Origin: Acidobacteriota bacterium
GTDB lineage: Bacteria; Acidobacteriota; Vicinamibacteria; Vicinamibacterales; UBA8438
Reading direction: 5' to 3'
DNA: 64,000 nucleotides
Assembly: GCA_009838525.1 (NCBI GenBank)
Contig: VXRJ01000038.1
Coordinates: forward strand, 10,654 to 74,653
This document shows positions 60,859-64,000 of this stretch, in pieces; position 1 is the first letter of the stretch; every line of letters starts with the position of its first letter. Made by a program: the position numbers and the translations under genes. Below the pieces are notes generated by a model. The model saw only the letters and a list, made by a program, of their open reading frames with translations. It had not been told where the DNA came from and made no database searches.

Positions 60859-63177
60859 TCACACGCCGCCGAGTGTCAACATCCTCAATGGCAGGGTCGA
60901 GTAGGCCTCCTCGCCCTCCACGATGCGGATGGTCCGGTCAACCGGCAGATCGTCGAACGTCTGCGTGAGGCCGGTCGTGGGCCAGAGGACCTCGAGACGT
61001 TCGATGCGCGCCGCCGTCCCGAGCCCGATGGTCTGCCGGAGGGGATTGGCGCCGAAACTGCCGCCGCTGTTGACGTGGCGGTAGACCGAGCGCGTGACGC
61101 CAGTGTCCCCGTCGACGATGACGACGCGGATGCGCGCGCCGATCGCCGAACGGTTGGACCGGACGCCCTCGAGCTGCACCGTGATCCAGTGGTTCCCGAA
61201 GCCCGGATTCTCGTAGAGAGCGTTGCCGAACCGGTCGCCCGGGAACGCTCCGCCCATCTGCTGGAAGATGTCCTGATCGCCGTCGTTGTCGAGATCCGCG
61301 AACGCCACGCCGTGGCCCTTCTGGAGATGGCCGAAGCCCCCCGAATAGGTCACGTCGGCGAAAGCGCGCCCGCCCCGGTTCCGGTACATCACGTTCGGCA
61401 TCACGCTTTGGTACGGCGGATAGCCGGTGCCCAGGTAGAAGTCCGGATAGCCGTCGCTGTCCAGGTCTCCGAAATTGGATCCCATGGGCGCGCTGGGTTC
61501 GGTCAGGCCGTATCGCCCAGAAACCTCTTCGAATGCGCCGCCGCCGGCGCCCCGATAGAGTTGCGCCGTCTCGATGTTCAGCGGCAGGCCCAGCGCGCTG
61601 GCCGCCAGGTGCTCGATGCGCGCGGTATACGCCGAGACGTACAGATCGAGGAAGCCGTCGTTGTCCACGTCCCAGAACCAGGCGGGAAAGCTCCAGGTCG
61701 GCCGTGCAACCCCAAGGCGCGGTGCTTCGTCGACGAACGTCCCGCGACCGGTATTCCGGTAGAGGCGATTCTCCGCGCCGAAGTTGGACACGTACAGGTC
61801 AGGCAGGCCGTCGGCGTCGTAGTCACCCCAGACCACCGCCTTGGCATACGCGTGGTTGGCCACCCCAGCCGCGTCGGCCACGTCGGTGAACGTGCCGTCG
61901 CCGTTGTTCCGAAAGAGCTGGCTCGGGGCGGGAAGGGACTCGGATGCCTCGTTGCCGACATACAGGTCGAGATCGCCGTCGTTGTCGTAATCACCCCAGG
62001 CCGCCGTCTGGCTCGGGTAGTGCGTTTCCCCGAGACCGGCCTCGAACGTCACATCCGCGAACGTGCCGTCGCCGCGGTTCCTGAGCAGCGAGTTCGGGTG
62101 GCGGCCGTCTGTGCCCAGCCACGCGCCGCGCAGTACCAGCAGGTCCAAATAGCCGTCGTTGTCATAGTCGGCCTGGACCATGTTCAGCCCACCGTACAGC
62201 CCGACGAGGCCCGCCTCTGCGGTGCGGTCCGTGAAGGTGCCATCCTGGTTGTTCCGGAAGAACCGGAGTTGTCCCTGTGCGTCCCACGTCGAGACGACGA
62301 CGTCCAGGTAGCCGTCGTTGTCGAAGTCGTCGGCGATCACCCCGCCGCAAATGTCGAACGTGTCGAGGCCAAGGCCGGGCGCGATGTTGTCGAACCGGGG
62401 AATCTCCTCCGCCGACTGGAACGTCTCCGGCGGAAGCCGATACGGTTCGGGAACCTCGTCCGGGTAGCCGCCCACCGTCATGTAGGCGATGTTGAGCAGC
62501 CAGCGCGCCGCCAGGTGCTGCTGTGCGGGGCTGTCCAGGGTAGCCGGCGATGACCGGTCCGCCGTCCAGTTGCGGGCGCCCACCGCGGTCGGCGCGTCCT
62601 CCGGGATGGGCGAGCGTTCCAGCGCCTCGGTCAAGGCAGCGATCGCTTGCCGTGACGGGGCTTGTTGGGTGTGTACCGCACCTTCGCGAAGCGGCAGGAT
62701 GCAGGCGTCCGGGTTAGGATGCTGTGCGCAATTCCGGGTCTCGGCGAGCCGCAGCCAGGCGATGCCGAGCCGGTAGGCGTTGTAGCCGAGAATGATCCGG
62801 TTCGCTTCGATTTCCGGCACCATGTCGCGGGCGTCGGTCAGGAGACGGATCGCCTCGGCTTCGTTCCCGAGGCGCAGCTCCTCATCGGCCAACCGCACCA
62901 TCAGCCGCCAGCGGTTGGTGCTCAGTTCCGCCGGTGGAATGGCAGCCAGCCGTTCCCGGAGTTCCCGTGCCATCCGGTCGCCCAGGTAGGTGTTCGTCTC
63001 GGGAGTCTCGTCCGCCAGCCGTTCGAGCAGGTCCAGCATGCGCTGGTGGCCGGGGGACGGGGCCGGACGCGCCTCGCCGGTCGATGAGGCCGGCTGAGTC
63101 GCGGCGAGATCGGTCAGGTCGGGCACGGCCAGCGCCGCACCCGCGACGACGATGCCGAGCACGGCCCGAAGACGCAT
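60859..63177 (-). CDS. CRTAC1-family protein with N-terminal helical (TPR-like) extension
   Basis: N-terminal helical repeats, then ..DFDNDGYLDVVV.., ..DYDNDGDLDLYVGN.., ..DLDNDGDQDIF.., and the ASPIC/UnbV-like end ..RIERLEVLWPTTGLTQTFDDLPVDRTIRIVEGE. Confidence 0.8.
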   Translation of the reverse strand: MRLRAVLGIVVAGAALAVPDLTDLAATQPASSTGEARPAPSPGHQRMLDLLERLADETPETNTYLGDRMARELRERLAAIPPAELSTNRWRLMVRLADEELRLGNEAEAIRLLTDARDMVPEIEANRIILGYNAYRLGIAWLRLAETRNCAQHPNPDACILPLREGAVHTQQAPSRQAIAALTEALERSPIPEDAPTAVGARNWTADRSSPATLDSPAQQHLAARWLLNIAYMTVGGYPDEVPEPYRLPPETFQSAEEIPRFDNIAPGLGLDTFDICGGVIADDFDNDGYLDVVVSTWDAQGQLRFFRNNQDGTFTDRTAEAGLVGLYGGLNMVQADYDNDGYLDLLVLRGAWLGTDGRHPNSLLRNRGDGTFADVTFEAGLGETHYPSQTAAWGDYDNDGDLDLYVGNEASESLPAPSQLFRNNGDGTFTDVADAAGVANHAYAKAVVWGDYDADGLPDLYVSNFGAENRLYRNTGRGTFVDEAPRLGVARPTWSFPAWFWDVDNDGFLDLYVSAYTARIEHLAASALGLPLNIETAQLYRGAGGGAFEEVSGRYGLTEPSAPMGSNFGDLDSDGYPDFYLGTGYPPYQSVMPNVMYRNRGGRAFADVTYSGGFGHLQKGHGVAFADLDNDGDQDIFQQMGGAFPGDRFGNALYENPGFGNHWITVQLEGVRSNRSAIGARIRVVIVDGDTGVTRSVYRHVNSGGSFGANPLRQTIGLGTAARIERLEVLWPTTGLTQTFDDLPVDRTIRIVEGEEAYSTLPLRMLTLGGV

Positions 63178-63192
63178 CCCGCGACGTTCCTG

Positions 63193-63828
63193 CTACTTCT
63201 TGTTCAGCGTCGTCTCGCCCCAGGCGAGAGTGAGGAACTGGTTGGTCTGCGCCGTGAGCGTAAGCGGCTCTCGGATCGTGTACTTGTCGTCGGGTCCGTC
63301 GTAGTCGCGCACGGTCAGGACGGCGTCGAGATCCTGAACGTAGTAGGTGCCTTCCCCTTCACCGTCCGCGTCCTCGAACTCGAACATGCCGTCCGGCGTG
63401 AGCGTGAGGCTGAAGACTCCGCCCTCGTCTTCGTACTCGAACTCGTCGTTCAGGACCTGCCCGAGGGGAAGCACGGCGAGCTCGATGGGCTCCTGGCGGC
63501 GGCCCAAGCGGCCGGGGGCGCCCCTTTGCGTGCGCATCTCGCGAAGCTGGCGGACGCCCTGGTAGCCCGCGAGGGTGTAGGTGAACTCGTACGCCGTCGT
63601 CTCGAGACCAAGGATCAGGTACTCGCCGTCCTCGTCGGTGACGGCCGAGAACGTGCTGCCGCCGCCGTCGGCCTGCCGGGCCTCTACCTGGACGCCTTCG
63701 AGGGCGTTGCCCCAGGCGTCGACGAGCCTGCCTTCCGCCCGTACCATCTGCGCATGTGCGTGAGGTGCGATGAGCGTGGCCAGAGCAACCGTCGCCGTTG
63801 CCGTCGCGAGTGCGCGAAACCGCATCAT
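63193..63828 (-). CDS. secreted CarboxypepD_reg-like domain protein
   Basis: Signal MMRFRALATATATVALATLIAPHAHAQ. GRLVDAWGNALEGVQVEARQ...VTDEDGEYLILGLETTAYEFTYTLAGY. Confidence 0.6.
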   Translation of the reverse strand: MMRFRALATATATVALATLIAPHAHAQMVRAEGRLVDAWGNALEGVQVEARQADGGGSTFSAVTDEDGEYLILGLETTAYEFTYTLAGYQGVRQLREMRTQRGAPGRLGRRQEPIELAVLPLGQVLNDEFEYEDEGGVFSLTLTPDGMFEFEDADGEGEGTYYVQDLDAVLTVRDYDGPDDKYTIREPLTLTAQTNQFLTLAWGETTLNKK

Positions 63829-63852
63829 CTGTTTTCTTCCGGCGAGGGTACG

Positions 63853-64000
63853 CTACGGGACGTTACCGTCGCGGGTCGCCATCATGTTGACGTCCTGGCG
63901 CGATGTCAGCACCTGAATGGCCGACTGTTCGCTAGCTCCCTCCGGCGGCTCGTAGGTTATGCGGTACTGGTTGCTTACAAGCCGGTGCTTCCGGGCGACT
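63853..64000 (-). CDS. C-terminal end of a second VWA-type paralogue; 5' part beyond the window edge
   Basis: My translation ..VARKHRLVSNQYRITYEPPEGASEQSAIQVLTSRQDVNMMATRDGNVP(stop) parallels the tail of 55815..56753 (..HKLTSHQFRVTYRPPDDASDQPRVQVGSARPGITVWPTDNGNIP). Confidence 0.55.
   Translation of the reverse strand, partial: VARKHRLVSNQYRITYEPPEGASEQSAIQVLTSRQDVNMMATRDGNVP

Overview
High-GC, gene-dense bacterial chromosomal window. Marker families (VWFA-related acidobacterial-type VWA proteins, CarboxypepD_reg domains, CRTAC1/ASPIC-UnbV proteins, DUF5916 barrels) suggest an Acidobacteriota-like organism; that placement is inference. Many genes are coupled by 4-nt start/stop overlaps (GTGA/ATGA/TTGA), and several convergent genes have directly abutting stops.

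Core content, left to right:
- AGCS symporter (cut by the window edge) and cdd.
- Two paralogous DUF5916/CBM9 outer-membrane proteins bracketing an EamA exporter.
- Heterodimeric ABC exporter followed by a Uma2 nuclease.
- A putative OM barrel protein, a coiled-coil/GAF-like protein, and tmRNA.
- thiL, rny, zapA and a ZapB-like gene.
- The conserved block tRNA-Val, thrS, infC (AUU start), rpmI, rplT, pheS, pheT.
- An S41 peptidase homologue whose Ser/Lys dyad appears substituted.
- ruvX-mltG and a YeiH-like transporter.
- A penicillin-acylase family gene followed by a tightly coupled MpaB-like / LolA-like / OM-barrel / RND(MMPL) operon.
- A TonB-dependent receptor, a PQQ dehydrogenase and a DUF305-LVIVD fusion protein.
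- A VWA / TPR / CRTAC1 x2 / CarboxypepD_reg cluster, with a second VWA paralogue cut by the right edge.

Accessory content sits in visibly AT-richer patches:
- A Fic protein with an AbiEi-like N-terminus directly 3' of tmRNA.
- A vapBC - IS remnant - IS3-interrupted gene - intact IS3 (3-bp TSD) - doc/AbrB islet.
- A mazEF pair.
- A roughly 1300-aa autotransporter-like adhesin flanked by a P4-type integrase C-terminal remnant.

No CRISPR array or rRNA was seen. The items I would follow up first are the AbiEi-like::Fic fusion, the MpaB/LolA-like/barrel/RND operon, the DUF5916 pair, the adhesin island, and the PQQ dehydrogenase plus DUF305-LVIVD neighbourhood. All family assignments come from reading motifs by eye; no database search was run.
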